Position numbers and translations under genes: made by a program | In this document: in pieces, positions 13,211 through 26,326 of the stretch | Layout: each line of letters starts with the position of its first letter | How positions within the stretch are numbered: position 1 is the stretch's first letter | Origin: Octopus sinensis | Lineage: Eukaryota | Reading direction: 5' to 3' | DNA: 64,000 bases | Assembly: GCF_006345805.1 (NCBI RefSeq) | Contig: NC_043016.1 | Coordinates: forward strand, 24,986,001-25,050,000 | Notes under the pieces: generated by a model | What the model was told of the DNA's origin: nothing | The model's database searches: none | The model's input: only the letters and a program-made list of their open reading frames with translations

Positions 13211-13504
13211 TTAAACCAATATTTTCTGATTGCCATGAAAGACAGAATTGCAGAATTAGCTTCTTTTAGTTTCACATTTGATGTTTAATAGAAAAACTAT
13301 GAATATCGTTATAATTTACACACATAATTCTTGATATCTTAGGTGACCATAAGTTGATTTACGAAGATTTATATTTTCAGATAAAACAACACTGGATTTA
13401 GTATATTTAGTACATGGTTTTGGACTAAGCAAGCATACCACAATCATTAAAATGATAGCAAACTCAAGTGAAGGAAAAAAGAAACATCACCAAAAACTAC
13501 TTAC

Positions 13505-13599
13505 AACTTCATATCTTTTTGACTTATAACGGGTCCATTTGCAAATGTTTTGTGCGATTCATTTTTGCAAGTCAAATCTATCAATGGATATATTAACAC
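13505..13599 (-). CDS. Esterase exon D (VLIYP strand)
   Basis: Acceptor ttttctgcacaaacag, donor gtaagt; 95 nt, phase 0 to 2; VLIYPLIDLT... Confidence 0.9.
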
Positions 13600-14519
13600 C
13601 TGTTTGTGCAGAAAAGAAAAAAAAATAATACAAATGATGCAAGATGATATATAAATATTTATAATACAGAACATCCTAAAATATTTCAGCAGTTGATTGT
13701 TTATATGCCATTTTAAGTTGATTTTAAAAGTTTGATCTGATACAATGTCAAATATCTTCTTGACAAAATTTGATTTTATGTTCACATTTATCCACTGGCT
13801 CATCAGAACTCATCAAACTGACTAATCCATGACATCATGGAAGATGGACATCAAACCAACATCACAATATCTCATCAACACTCAGGCGCTTAAATACATC
13901 TCACTCTATGAAGCCAATAAGGATGGAGGGCCTCCAAGTGGTCACTTGATGTGCTAGAAAAAGTAGCCAAAAACCCCTTCATACTGCATCCCTATCATCG
14001 TAAGGAAAGAATATTATTATTCTTAGATAAAGATGGTATGTCCATGTCTGGAATGGACCTTATCATAAATTTGCTCAATCAGAACTGATCCAAAGCAGAG
14101 CAAAATAAGAATGTCCAATACAGGTACATGTGTTCAAGAAATTTGCTTCCTAACCATGTAATTGCAGATTCAGTCCCACTGCTTAGCACCTTGGGCAGGT
14201 GTCTTCAACTATAGTCCAGGGTTGACCAAAGCCTTGTGAATTGATTTGGTAGACAGGAACAGAAAGAAGCCAGCCTTACATATATCATCATCATTTTAAT
14301 GTCCATCTTTCATGCTAGCATGGGTTGGATGGTTTGATAGAAGGCCTGTGGTCAGACTTTGATGCTTGCAGGGATGTTTCAGAATATTCTGGTTGGGCAC
14401 TAATTTGCAATAAAACTAAAGTGGAGTTTCAAAATAAGTGTAAATCTGAGGGTGACCATTGAATAGTTAGGGAGCAGTAATTTCTTGTGCACCCCACTAG
14501 CAATGGGTACATTTGACAG

Positions 14520-15400
14520 GAACTGGTAAGCCTGAGGACTGTTTTAGCATGTTTTTTTTTACAGCTGGATGCCCTTCCTAATGCCAACTGCTATACAGAG
14601 TAGATTGGGTGCTTTTTATGTGGTACCAGCATCAGCGAGGTCTACATTGGCATGGTTTTTAAAGCTGGATGTTCTCCCTAATGCCAACCACTTTACAGGA
14701 TGGACTGGGTGCTTTTTATGAGGCACTAGCACTGGTAAGGTCACCACATAACTTACAGAATAAAAATCTCACCTGAGAAGGCAAGTAATATTGAGGGTGG
14801 TAGCTTTGTTCCTTCCACATTTAGAGATTGGTACTTCTTGATGCAACCGTCTTCACCCACACGCACCATCACATGACTATACTAGCACTGTCTTCACTCT
14901 TGTACATAATATTTAATGCCTCTTACACCCACTTTTTCTCTCAAAACATTTACACTTTGTCATATATGCACACTGCCATTGCACATCCAGCAGAGCATAT
15001 TGGCTTCATTTCTTTCAAGCCTTCACATGTCCTCTTCATTTACAGCCCACATTTCACTACACTGTAGCATAGCTGTTCATACACAAGCATCATACAATCT
15101 ACTTTTACTCTGTTGGGGAAGCCTTTTGTTACAAGTTCTTATTTTAACATCCTCTTCTACTGCTAATTAAAACACTTAGATAAGAGAAACTATCTACTTC
15201 CTCTAAATATCTCCCTGGGCATTTGAACAAACTTATTTCATGTGTGTTCTTTGTATTTATTGCTCCTGCATATATACCATAGGTGCCCTCCACATGTAAA
15301 ACTCGACACTTCCTTCTGCAGCTGTCTTCAGTCATACACATTACATGACTAAACCAGTGCACACAACATCTGATGCCTCTTATACCCAGTTTTCTTCTGA
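14520..15400 (-). mobile_element. RTE-clade LINE 3' fragment
   Basis: Minus-strand similarity to 4903-5420 (HWFSHVMCMTEDSCRRKC; VDSFSYL) plus the same 3' UTR family. Confidence 0.7.
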
Positions 15401-15447
15401 AATCATTTAGACTGTCATATATATATTTAGACTGTCATATATATATA

Positions 15448-15680
15448 TATCATCATCGTTTAACGTCTGCTTTCCATGCTGGCATGGGTTGGACGATTTT
15501 GACTGAGGACTGGCGAAACAGATGGCTGCATCAGGCTCCAATCTGATCTGTCAGTTTCTACAGCTGGATGCCCCTCCTAATGCCAACCACTCAGAGTGTA
15601 GTGGGGTGCTTTTACGTGCCACTGGCCTGGGGGGTCAGTCAGGTGGTACTGGCAACCGCTATGCTCAAATGGTGTTTGGC
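15448..15680 (-). mobile_element. RTE 3'-tail repeat (catcatcgtttaacgtctgctttccatgctggcatggg family), representative copy
   Basis: Same sequence recurs at about 6270, 18280, 18920, 31790, 34350, 45520, 59740 and 61900 in both orientations and matches the UTR of the RTE fragments. Confidence 0.8.
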
Positions 15681-15992
15681 TGTGTACGTTTGTCCTGATA
15701 TCACTTGATGGTTGTAAACAATCATCATCATCATCACCATCTTAATAATATATTTGTATCCAGTTTTCTGTGTAAAACATATCTGATCGTGGGGAAATAT
15801 TAACTTGCCTGTAAAGAGATGAGGTTTGGTAATAGGAAAGGCATCCAGCAATAGAAAATCTGTCTTAACAGATTCCATTTGACTCATATATGGAAAAGTA
15901 AACATTAAAAGATGACGACAGTGACAACGGTGAGGGCAGTGATGATGAAAGCAATATATAAAATGACAAATCCACTTGACTACAAGTGGATA

Positions 15993-16792
15993 CAGTGATC
16001 CCTCGTTTATCGCAGTAGATTGGTTCGAAGACCAGCCGTGATAACCGAATTTTCGCGAAGTAGGGACACCATATTTACAATATTTATTTAATGTGTATTT
16101 GGACTTTTAAAACCCTCCCTGTACTGTTAACAACCCACCCATTACAGTAGTCTATTAATAACAAGGACAACTGTTAAGCAATAACACTTTAGATTAAAAA
16201 AAAAGTTTTTTAATCAAGATTGTTGAAGTAAAATTTGGATGATGATGGTGATGAATTTGCTGTGCAGTAGAAATGATGATGATGAAGCTGACGGCGGTGC
16301 CCTTTCCTGGGACACCTCTTCCACTTCTTCCGAAGGTGCAACCGTAGTAGTAGCAGCAGGACTTGTAAATAAGTCCTGGCTTTAACAAAAATCCCGCAGC
16401 ATTGCCACACATCACGAGGGTCACACAATCCTTGTATGCTTCGAAGCCAGAGGCTTTTGCTTCCTCTTTGAACAGGAAAGTTCACGACGACATACTTTTC
16501 CAAAACAAGCCAGTCTCGTCCATATCAAAAACTTGTTCGGGTTTATATCCACCTTCGGAGATAATCTTGAAAGTTTCATTCATGTATGTTTCAGCAGCGC
16601 TCGTGTCAGCAAAAGCAGCCTCACCATGCAGGGAAACACTTTTTAGGCCGAAGCGTTTCTGAAACTTAAACCACCCTTTGCTAGCAGAAGAAGGACGTTT
16701 TTTAGGTTGTGAATCACTGGACGTCCCTTGTTAAAAATCCACGAAGTCATGAATCCGCAATAGTTGAACCGCGAAGTAGCGAGGGATCACTG
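15993..16792 (-). mobile_element. Internally deleted Tigger/pogo element with intact ends
   Basis: TA|CAGTGATCCCTCG...CGAGGGATCACTG|TA (13-bp identical TIR core, TA TSD); minus-strand remnant SKGWFKFQKRF...QVFDMDETGLFWK...KDCVTLVMCGNAAG. Confidence 0.9.
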
Positions 16793-16854
16793 TAATCAGA
16801 ATAATGGATGGAGGTGGAGAAAATAAAGGCCAAGTTGCAATTATGATTGTTTAC

Positions 16855-16952
16855 CTGAAAAGCTATTCCTGGGACTTCATGACAAACAGCTGCAGCAATG
16901 TTTCCACCAGCACTATCACCTGCAACTCCAACAATACTTCGCTGCATACCAC
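16855..16952 (-). CDS. Esterase exon C (nucleophile motif GDSAG)
   Basis: Acceptor gtattcttcag, donor gtaaac; 98 nt, phase 1 to 0; VGVAGDSAGGNIAA. Confidence 0.94.
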
Positions 16953-17346
16953 CTGAAGAATACAACAACAACAATAAATCAAAATAAATGTTTAACTCAG
17001 AATTAAGAATTAGGATAGCTGGTTTTCCTAACTATATCCACAATATTCTGTAGACAACAAGTGATTAATTTGCTAACTTCAAGAACAGAGAGATTGGTAC
17101 AGATAGACCACAGTTTGCAGATAGGTTTTTACTTATGAATTGTGAATATTAATTTAATTTTTTGCATTTTCCCTTTCAGTTCTAGAGAAATGTCAAGATG
17201 TGTCTAATTATTATAACATTTATAATTTCACTGTTATATCTGCTACATGTCTTTCTGTTGTAGAATGTTTTGAGACAAATAAGCAAATTATCTCCCTTAG
17301 ATGCATGATCCAGAAATACGTTGTATAAATCTTGTATAATGTTTAA

Positions 17347-17567
17347 CCCTTTAGCATTTAAACCGGCCGAATCAGGCCAAAAGTATTCTACCTGTTTTAT
17401 GTTCAAACTGGCCAGATCTGGTCTCTCACACCAGCCCTACAATATCGTTTTAAAAATCAACAGCTACCTCATCAAAATCTCATAGCTACAAGATAATGCT
17501 TGATTAGTTTGAGGTAATGTGGATAAAAAAGGATTAATTTTGGCAGAATAATGTGAACACTAAAGGG
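17347..17567 (+). mobile_element. piggyBac-like MITE, same family
   Basis: TTAA|CCCTTTAGCATT...TAAAGGG|TTAA. Confidence 0.8.
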
Positions 17568-19278
17568 TTAACCTTTCAGCACATTATTAGATGAAACGCT
17601 GCTTATCATCCAATAATGAAATGCCTATCAAGTAATATTTAATGTTACTTCTATTTGAGCTTCCATGCTGTCCAACCCTTATATTTGAAAGCCTTTACTT
17701 CCAATATCAAATGGTGATATTCTAAGTTGTCTCACTTTCAAATGCTGCTTCTATTTAAACTTTACTAATTCCACATATTTTTATTATCATCTGGTGATCA
17801 CTGCCTTCTCTCATTAATCAATTTAATTAATTACCACACACCATTTAATTAAATCACCCAATTGGTGGTACTTCTACCAATATTACGTTCAACACCTATA
17901 GTAGCAAATATATGTCACCTCTGATGTCTTCTGAAAGCATACCATACATCAAAATGAAATTTCTTAAATCAACAAAACCCTAACTGATTTTATGAAGGGT
18001 CTCTTGTAAGTTAGAACTTATGAAATTTGAACAAAGATACCTATTATTACTAATGTTTTTTTGTGTAACATCAAAGAGAACAAAGTTGGTTTGGGGAAAT
18101 AGATATTCTTACTTTTTCCCAGTCAAAAAGTAATTTTAGTTAAATTTTCTGAAATTTAGTTACATTTTCTATCTCATGAAGATCCAGCAGACAAAGGTAC
18201 CACACTCTGCACCTATTTTATTGCTGAATATATTATAAGCATGCACAAACATTCTCTTGTCCACTCTCATCAACATCATCATCATCATCGTTTAACATCT
18301 GCCTTCCATGCTGGCATGGGTTGGACAGTTTGACAGCCTGCATCAGACTTCTGTGTCTATTTTGGCAGGGATTTTATGGCTGGATGCCCTTCCTGACACC
18401 AACCACCCAGCAGAGTGGACTGAGTACTTTTTATGTGGCACAAGCACAAGTGAGGTCAGTTTTGGCATGGTTTTTACAGCTGGATGCCTGAGTGTGGACT
18501 TGATGCTTTTTACATGGCATCAGCACTTGCAGGGTGACAAAGTAACTTTGCAAGACAAAGATCCTTTGAGGGAGGAAGTGACATTGGAGGAGGTGATCTT
18601 GTGTCAGATGGAGAAAGGTTATAGTGAGACAGAAACAGGTAACTTGCTGTAGAGGAGGTATATGGTTAACTGGCCACAGAACAGTTCTGCTATATTCTTT
18701 TGGTTACTTAGAGTCAACAAAACAGAGAGTATTATAGGTATCGTCCTTAACATACTTCTGGTTTAACTCCGGAAAGAGACAATACAGTGCACCTGTTTGG
18801 ATGCTGACAATTTGGCATGGCTGACTGGACAGTGAACCAACCTTTGTTGGTGATAGCTTTTTTTGGTGACAGTATATTTTGGCACTGGTGGAAAACATAT
18901 ACACACACATGTACACATAAAAATATATACATCTGTATGTGGCCAATGCCAGCGCCACCTTGACTGGCTTCCGTGTCGGTGGCACGTAAAAAGCACCAAC
19001 CGATCGTGGCCATTGCCAGCCTCCCCTGGCACGTAAAAAACACCCACTACACTCATGGAGTGGTTGGCATTAGGAAGGGCATCCAGCTGTTGAAACACCG
19101 CCAGATCAGACTGGAGCCTGGTACAGCTTCCTGGTTCCCAGACCCTGGTCGAACTGTCCAACCCATGCTAGCATGGAAAACGGATGTTAAACGATGATGA
19201 TGATGAGAAAAAGAGAAAGAATGGAAGAAACATTAAAATGTTCCCTCTTCACAAATAAAGAAAAAAAGCATACACAAA

Positions 19279-20420
19279 CTAAGAGAGAGAGAGGTTTGTA
19301 ACAGATGGAGTTATTTGATAGAGCTCAACAGTGGAGCTTCTTTCAAAATTGACACCTTGCTGCTCAAAGATTTCAACTGCTTTTTCAATGTGAAGAAATG
19401 CTTCATTTAGCTTTTTTGCAGAGAAGCATCTTTCGGGCAATTCTTCATTTTCTTCTTCACATTCAAATTTGTCCATTTTTAGCAATTCTTCACTTGTGAT
19501 TTCATCACTGTCAGCATAAAGAGCTTCTTTAACATCATCAGTTGAAATTTCCAAGTTCAATTCCTTTGCAATGTTTGTGATCTTGTCGGTTTATTTTTGA
19601 AGAACTTCATGAAAATGATCAAATCCTTCAAAATTGTCAATTAATTTGGGGCAGAAATTTTTCCAAATTCCTTTCTTGATCTTTATAGCAATTTTATCCC
19701 ATGCTTTCTTAATCAGTTTTATTGCATCAAGGATGTTGAAACTCTTCCAAAATTCTGAAATCGTAGGACCATTTTCTTTATTAGTCACTTTGATGAGTCT
19801 TTCAAAAGTGAAACGGAGACAGTAAGATTTAAACAATAAAATAGCTCCTTGACCCAATGGCTGCAATAAAGAAATTGTATTGGGAGGTAAAGGAACAACA
19901 TTAATATTTTGATGGTGATGCTTTAAAAATGCAGCATGACTGGGGGGTATTATCTATAATCAAAAGAATCTTGAAAACGATTTTCTTATCCTTACAATAT
20001 TTTTCTACTTCAGGAACAAAGTGATTAGAAAACCAATCTTCAAACTTAGTTTCTGTCATTGAAGCTCTCTTGTTATGCTTCCAGATTACAGGAAGTTTCG
20101 TCTTACCAATTCCTTTTAAAGCACAGGGGTTTTCAGATCGATAAATAAGCATGGCCTTGAATTTGCAGTCCCCTTCACTATTTCCTGCCAGAAGCAACGT
20201 TATCCTATCTTTTGCAGCATTGAATCCTGGTATTGAAGAATTTGCTTTCTCAATAAAAGTCCTTGAAGGCATTCATTTCCAAAGTAGGGCTGTCTCATCC
20301 ACATTAAATACTTCAGATGATATAAAGCCTTCTTCAATCAAATCTAATTGGCGAGGAAAAGTTTCTTCAAATTCACAAAGCAGTTGCAAGTGATCACTCA
20401 AGGTAACAGGTGCTGCCAGA
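19279..20420 (-). mobile_element. Decayed Tigger/pogo transposase
   Basis: VFNVDETALLWK, MPSRTFI...AAKDRITLLLAGN...LPVIWKHNKRA, LLIIDN, WKSFNILDAI, split by frameshifts; no TIR seen. Confidence 0.88.
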
Positions 20421-22174
20421 CAAAGAGTGACACTCTTTGCCATGGTAACCAATTTTTCCATTTTGCATTTACAATTCGTGAACATGAGGTTTTGAAAATT
20501 GGGGTTACAAAAAATGCCTGTGTGTGTATACACACACACATCCTTCCCTCCACACATGTCCACTCACTGCATTCCCCTCCCTCCATCTCCCACATTCCTT
20601 TCACATTCTTGTGAACTTACCTGCCCATGCACATGATCCAATCCTCTGTACTGCATCATTTATATACACCTCCTTGTAACTTAAGAGTACATCTTTACCA
20701 TCTCTCTCTCTCTTGTGCTACTTCTTTCTCATTTTCCAACTGGTGTAGCCCCCGTATCTCCCTCATTGCCAGAGACAGCAATTTCTGTCCCTCTGTCATA
20801 CTCTAACCTCTCATCACCTGGCACAAAGCCACTTCCCTCAATACTATTCCCTACCTCAGTTGAGGAGTCTTGCAAGTTATTTGGTAACCTCATAAAAAAA
20901 GCACCCAGTAAACACTGTAAAGAGAGCTAGATACCTTTCCTAAAAGGTATCTAGCCATAGAAATCATGCCATAACTAACAGTGGAGTCTGACATAATCCT
21001 CTGCTTTGCCCAGCTCCTGTCAAACCATCTGACTTATGCCAGCATGGAAATCAAGCATTAAATGATGGTCATGATGATGACTGTGTGTGTGTGTGTATGT
21101 GTGATCAACATCATTTAACATGTTTCCTATGCTGGCATGTGTTGGGCAGTTTGGCTAGAGCTGACAAGCTGCACCAGATTCCAGTGTTTTGACCAACTAG
21201 TGCAATCTTCGCTCTTGTATACTGCATCTAATTCCTCTTATGCCTAGCTTTTCTCTCAATACACTAGCAATCTCTAGCACATGTGCGCTTACGTTGCACA
21301 TCCAACAGAGTATATGTGTGTGTACACACATGCACGCACACACATGCACTTGGTACGCCTTTGTTCATAGGTTTGCAGATCCTGCATTGGAACTAACAAC
21401 AAGAGTCCTATAATACCAGAACAGGTAAAGCTTGTAGAACTCTCAAGATTCAGGCAAACATAACATGGTAAATTAACAAAGAACTCTTGTTTTTAATTAA
21501 ATAATAATGATAATAGCAACACTGGTCATAGTAGTAGTAGTAGTAGTAGTAATGGTTTCAAATTTTGGCACAAGGCCAGCAATTTTGGGGGCAAGGATAA
21601 ATGAATTACACTGATCCCAGTGTTCAACTGAGACTTATTTTATCGACCCCGAAAGGATGAAAGGTAAAGTCAACCTTGGCAGGATCTGAGTCAGAATGAA
21701 ATGCCTCTAAGCATTTTTTCTGGTGTGCTTATGATTCCGTTAGCTGGCCACCTTCAATGATGATGATGATGATGATGATGGTGGTGGCGATGGCAGACTG
21801 TTGGTTTTGCAATTTTGGTTCTTTGTTCATAAATAGAGAGTAAAAAAAAAAGAAAAAAATTAATCATGTCTGCAGGCTGACATAAATGGAATCTTCGGTT
21901 CTCAACAAGACAACAAGCCATTCAGTGATGGCACTTAAAACAAGAAATAAAATAGATTTTCTTCCGATAATGACAATTTATAAAAAAAAAAAGACCCTAA
22001 AGAGAGTCTTTATCATTGTCAAATTGTACGACTTTCTCTGCCCGCGTGCGTGCGTGCGTGCGTGCATGCGTGTGTACCTGTATGTGGTGCATGCATGAGT
22101 GTAATCTCACACTACATACATGGATATAGAATATTCATACACAAGAGTATTTGTTGGCTGATGGTGGTGGAACT

Positions 22175-23290
22175 GTGGGGAGAGGGAGAAAGGGGAGGGG
22201 AGGAGAGAGGGGAGAAAGGGGGAGGGGAGGAGAGAGGGGAGAAAGGGGGAGGGGAGGGGAGAGGGAGAAAGGGGGAGGGGAGGAGAGAGGGGAGAGAGAG
22301 GGAGAGTAGAGAGAGAGAGGGGCGAGAGAAAGAGGAGAGAGAGGAAGAGGAGATAGAGAGGAAGAGGAGATAGAGAGGAAGAGGAGATAGAGAGGAAGAG
22401 GAGATAGAGAGGAAGAGGAGATAGAGAGGAAGAGGAGATAGAGAGGAAGAGGAGATAGAGAGGAAGAGGAGAGAGAGAGGAAGAGGAGATAGAGAGGAAG
22501 AGGAGATAGAGAGGAAGAGGAGATAGAGAGGAAGAGGAGATAGAGAGGAAGAGGAGATAGAGAGGAAGAGGAGATAGAGAGGAAGAGGAGGAGAGGAAGA
22601 GGAGAGAGAGGAAGAGGAGAGAGAGGAAGAGGAGAGAGATGGAGAGGAGGAGGGAGAGGGGAGATAGAGAAAGGAGAGAGAGGGGAGGAGGGGAGATAGA
22701 GAAAGGAGAGAGAGGGAGAGGGAGAGGGGAGATAGAGAGAGGAGAGAGAGAAGGGAGAGGAGAGAGAGAAGGGAGAGGAGAGAGGAGGAAGAGAGAGAGA
22801 GAGGAAGGAGAGAGAGAGGAAGAGGAGAGAGAGAGGAAGAGGAGAGAGAGAGGAAGAGGAGAGAGAGAGGAAGAGGAGAGAGAGAGGAAGAGGAGAGAGA
22901 GGAAGAGGAGAGAGAGAGGAAGAGGAGAGAGAAGGGAGAGGAGAGAGAGAAGAGGAGAGAGAGAAGAAGAGGAGAGAGAGGGAGAGGAGAGAGAGAGGGA
23001 GAGGAGAGAGAGGAAGAGGAGAGAGAGAGGAAGAGGAGAGAGAGAGGAAGAGGAGAGAGAGAGGAAGAGGAGAGAGAGAGGAAGAGGAGAGAGAGGAAGA
23101 GGAGAGAGAGGAGAGAGGAGAGAGAGGAAGAGGAAGAGGAAGAGGAGAGAGAGAGGAAGAGGAGGGAGAGAGAGGGAGAGGAGAGAGACAGGGAGAGAGA
23201 GAGGGGGAGGAGAGAGGGAGAGGAAAGGGAGAGATTTGGTGGGAAAGTGTGAAATACAAAGACAAGTGGAGGAGTTGGGGCAAGAGAGAG
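22175..23290 (+). repeat. About 1.1-kb polypurine tract including roughly 14 copies of a 17-bp unit GAGGAAGAGGAGATAGA
   Basis: Almost only G/A on the + strand; G-run cluster at 22178-22300. Confidence 0.97.
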
Positions 23291-24159
23291 AAAGAGTGGT
23301 AGAAAGAAAGGAAGAAAGAAATAGGAGTGACTGTGTGTCAGTGTGTATGCTTGTGGGGCCACAAGTGAATGTGTGTTTGTGCATGTGTTTGTTCTTTAGC
23401 CCCAGGCCAGCCCTAATCTAGTGGACCCATGGCTAAAGGCATGCCAACAATGACCATACTGTCTTCTTACGGAGTCACTATTGGGCATTATGCATACTCT
23501 TCTTTATTAAGAGGGTGGAACGTGTGCGTGTTTTCAAGTCATATCATTTAATATCTGTTTTCATGCTGACTGGAGTTGGAAAGGAAACGACAGGAACCAA
23601 CAAGCCATAGGGTTGCACTGAGTTCCAATGTCGGCTTTGGCATGGTTTCTACAGTTAGATGCCCTTCCTATCACCAGCCGCTGCAAACTGAAGGTTGTGC
23701 CTCAACTTAGAAACATTCAATGTTAAGCTAGCAATAAACCACTTCAAACTAAGTGTGGATTACTACCATGTACGGAATTGGGTTGATAGTCCTCAAATAT
23801 ATCTTATGCTGCCAGTTGTAATCTGATATGGCAAATACTGCTCTCCAAATCAGACTAGAAGTACTCTTGATGTATTTAACATAGCTCTTAAATCAATCAT
23901 GAATCTACAGGCTCATTAAGCCAAAGTTTATTATAGTTTCCATCATGTATGAATGAAAGAATGTGCAAGACTTTCCTCCTAAATAGTTCATTTCAGTGCA
24001 TCATAGGGTTAATCACCAACTGTTTTGGTAATCTTTTCCAGGTTAGTGTACTAGGGTAATGTGAAATGAAGTGTTTTGCTCAAGAATACAATGTACTGTC
24101 TGATCTGGGAATTGAAACAATCTCAAGATCATATGAATCCAATACTCAATCCACTAGAC

Positions 24160-24684
24160 CAGTGGTTCCCAACCAGGGGTCTGCAGACCTCTGGTGGTCT
24201 GCAAAGGTAGTATTGGGGGTTTGTGAACTAAATTCAAAATATATATCTATATATATATAAAGCTGAAATTGTCTGTTTGGTAGGTTTCAACTAACACTAT
24301 CTCCTCCGAGACCCTGCGGTGCAAGTTGACCAAAATTGAGAGTATGATAGAAAAAGGCTTGCTTTTCCTTCCGTAGACCATGTTAACGCCAAAAATTATT
24401 TACATCAAAAAGGTGCTTTTTTTCAATGAAAATCCCTATTTTTTATGATTTTTTTACTGCTGTATCGCCATTTTTCAGTGAATTACAACCAGAAAAATGT
24501 TAACTTAAAGAGAATAACAAGCTACATAATGCAAAATTTTTACTTTTCAAAAATTCCAATTCTAAAGGGTCAAAACAAACCTGAGCAACACCGGGCGATA
24601 CTGCTAGTATATATATATATAAGGATAAACATTAAAAGGGGTCTGTTGGAAAACTCATTTAAATAAAAGGGTTGGGAACCAATG
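24160..24684. mobile_element. hAT (Charlie-type) MITE interrupted by a Helitron
   Basis: TIRs CAGTGGTTCCCAACC / GGTTGGGAACCAATG; 8-bp TSD CACTAGAC / CATTAGAC. Confidence 0.85.
24246..24607 (+). mobile_element. Non-autonomous Helitron
   Basis: Starts A|TCTATATATATATAAAGCTGAAATTGTC; ends ...CCTGAGCAACACCGGGCGATACTGCTAG|T; no TSD. Confidence 0.85.
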
Positions 24685-25304
24685 CATTAGACCCTTGAAC
24701 ACATTTATTTTGTATCTAACACTGTTCTTCAAACATCTGAAAAATGGAATTGTATAATCCACTGTACTATAGGCACAAGGCCTGAAATTTCAAAAGAGGG
24801 GACTAGTTGAATACATCAACCCTAGTCCTTAGCTGGTACTTATTTCATTGACCCCGCAACAGAATGAAAAGCAAAGTTGAGCTCAGCAGCATTTGAACTC
24901 AGAACATAAAGACAGACAAAAATGCCACTAAGCATTTTGTCTGGCATGCTCGTGATTCTGCTAGCTTCACCACCAAGATGAAATCATATAACTGGACGGG
25001 TGTACAATTCCTGGAAATAACGGTGCTTGTTGGAAAGATTTGTAAAATTGGCTAAATCTAATCAATATGTTATGAATGTCTTATTGCAAAGTTGCTGCAA
25101 TACACTTCGTGCAATTCTGGTCAGTTTTGGATTGACTAAGAGAAACGTCCCTGAATGTTGAGGGCATGAAGAATCTCCATTTTTAACCACCTCTACCTAC
25201 GGAACACATCTATCTCATGTAGGGTAGACAAGGAGTATGTACATGTGCTTGTATGTGTGTGCATTTTACAGAGAGAAAGAGAGAGACCCATTCTTAGAGA
25301 GAAC

Positions 25305-25850
25305 AGCTGTGTGTACAGCTGAATGTTTGTGCGTGTATATATATACAGCTGAATGTTTGTGCATATATATACAGCTGAATGTTTGTGCATATATATACAG
25401 CTGAATGTTTGTGCATATATATACAGCTGAATGTTTGTGTGTATATATATATAGCAGAATGTTTGTGTGTGTATATATACAGCTGAATGTTTGTGTGTGT
25501 ATATATACAGCTGAATGTTTTTGCGTGTATATATATATATATACAGCTGAATGTTTGTGTGTGTATACAGCTGAATGTTTGGGTGTATATATATACAGCT
25601 GAATGTTTGTGTGTGTATATATATACAGCTGAATGTTTGGGTGTATATATATACAGCTGAATGTTTGTGTTTGTATATATACAGCTGAATGTTTTTGCGT
25701 GTATATATACAGCTGAATGTTTGTGTTTGTATATATATACAGCTGAATGTTTTTGCGTGTATATATATAGCTGAATGTTTGTGTGTATATATACAGCTGA
25801 ATGTTTGGGTGTGTATATATATACAGCTGAATGTGTGTGTATGTGTGTGT
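25305..25850. repeat. Minisatellite of 19 units (24-36 bp): CAGCTGAATGTTT core plus (GT)n(AT)n spacer
   Basis: Cores counted from 25316 to 25824. Confidence 0.95.
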
Positions 25851-26278
25851 TATTTTAAACTTGCTAAAAGACAAAAATCTGTACTAGATATATAAAGAAA
25901 TAAAAGTACTCTTGAAGAATTTCAATATTCTCCATCAATTTGCAAAGTTGGAATGTGATATTGTCCCATGGGAATCATATATTCCAACTGGAAATCAACA
26001 ATATAACTGGTCTTTAATAACACACACAATTATTTCCCTCTCTTCACCATATCGTTTATTACCTCCTCTCCCCTTCAACACACACTCTAGTTCATTCTAC
26101 CTCTCACAGCATCATCCAAAAGATTCCAAATCAGGTGCAGCAAATGGTAAAGTAATTAGATTAAAGACCACACCATAAGAGGAATCTAAGTAAAAAAAAA
26201 AAAAAAAGGAACAAGGAGCAAAGATTGGCACCTAATTTGGAAGTGTAGCAGCCACAGAGAGATTGATAAAATAGCATT

Positions 26279-26280
26279 AT

Positions 26281-26326
<46 letters not shown>

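Noticed and set aside
22107-23421. Long ORFs (260-425 aa) rich in Leu/Ser/Pro or Arg/Glu/Gly
   Set aside because: Translations of the GA/CT tract, which lacks stop codons by composition; several frames are open
25266-25895. CRISPR-like array or repetitive ORF
   Set aside because: Spacers are microsatellites rather than unique sequences, there are no cas genes, and the context is eukaryotic
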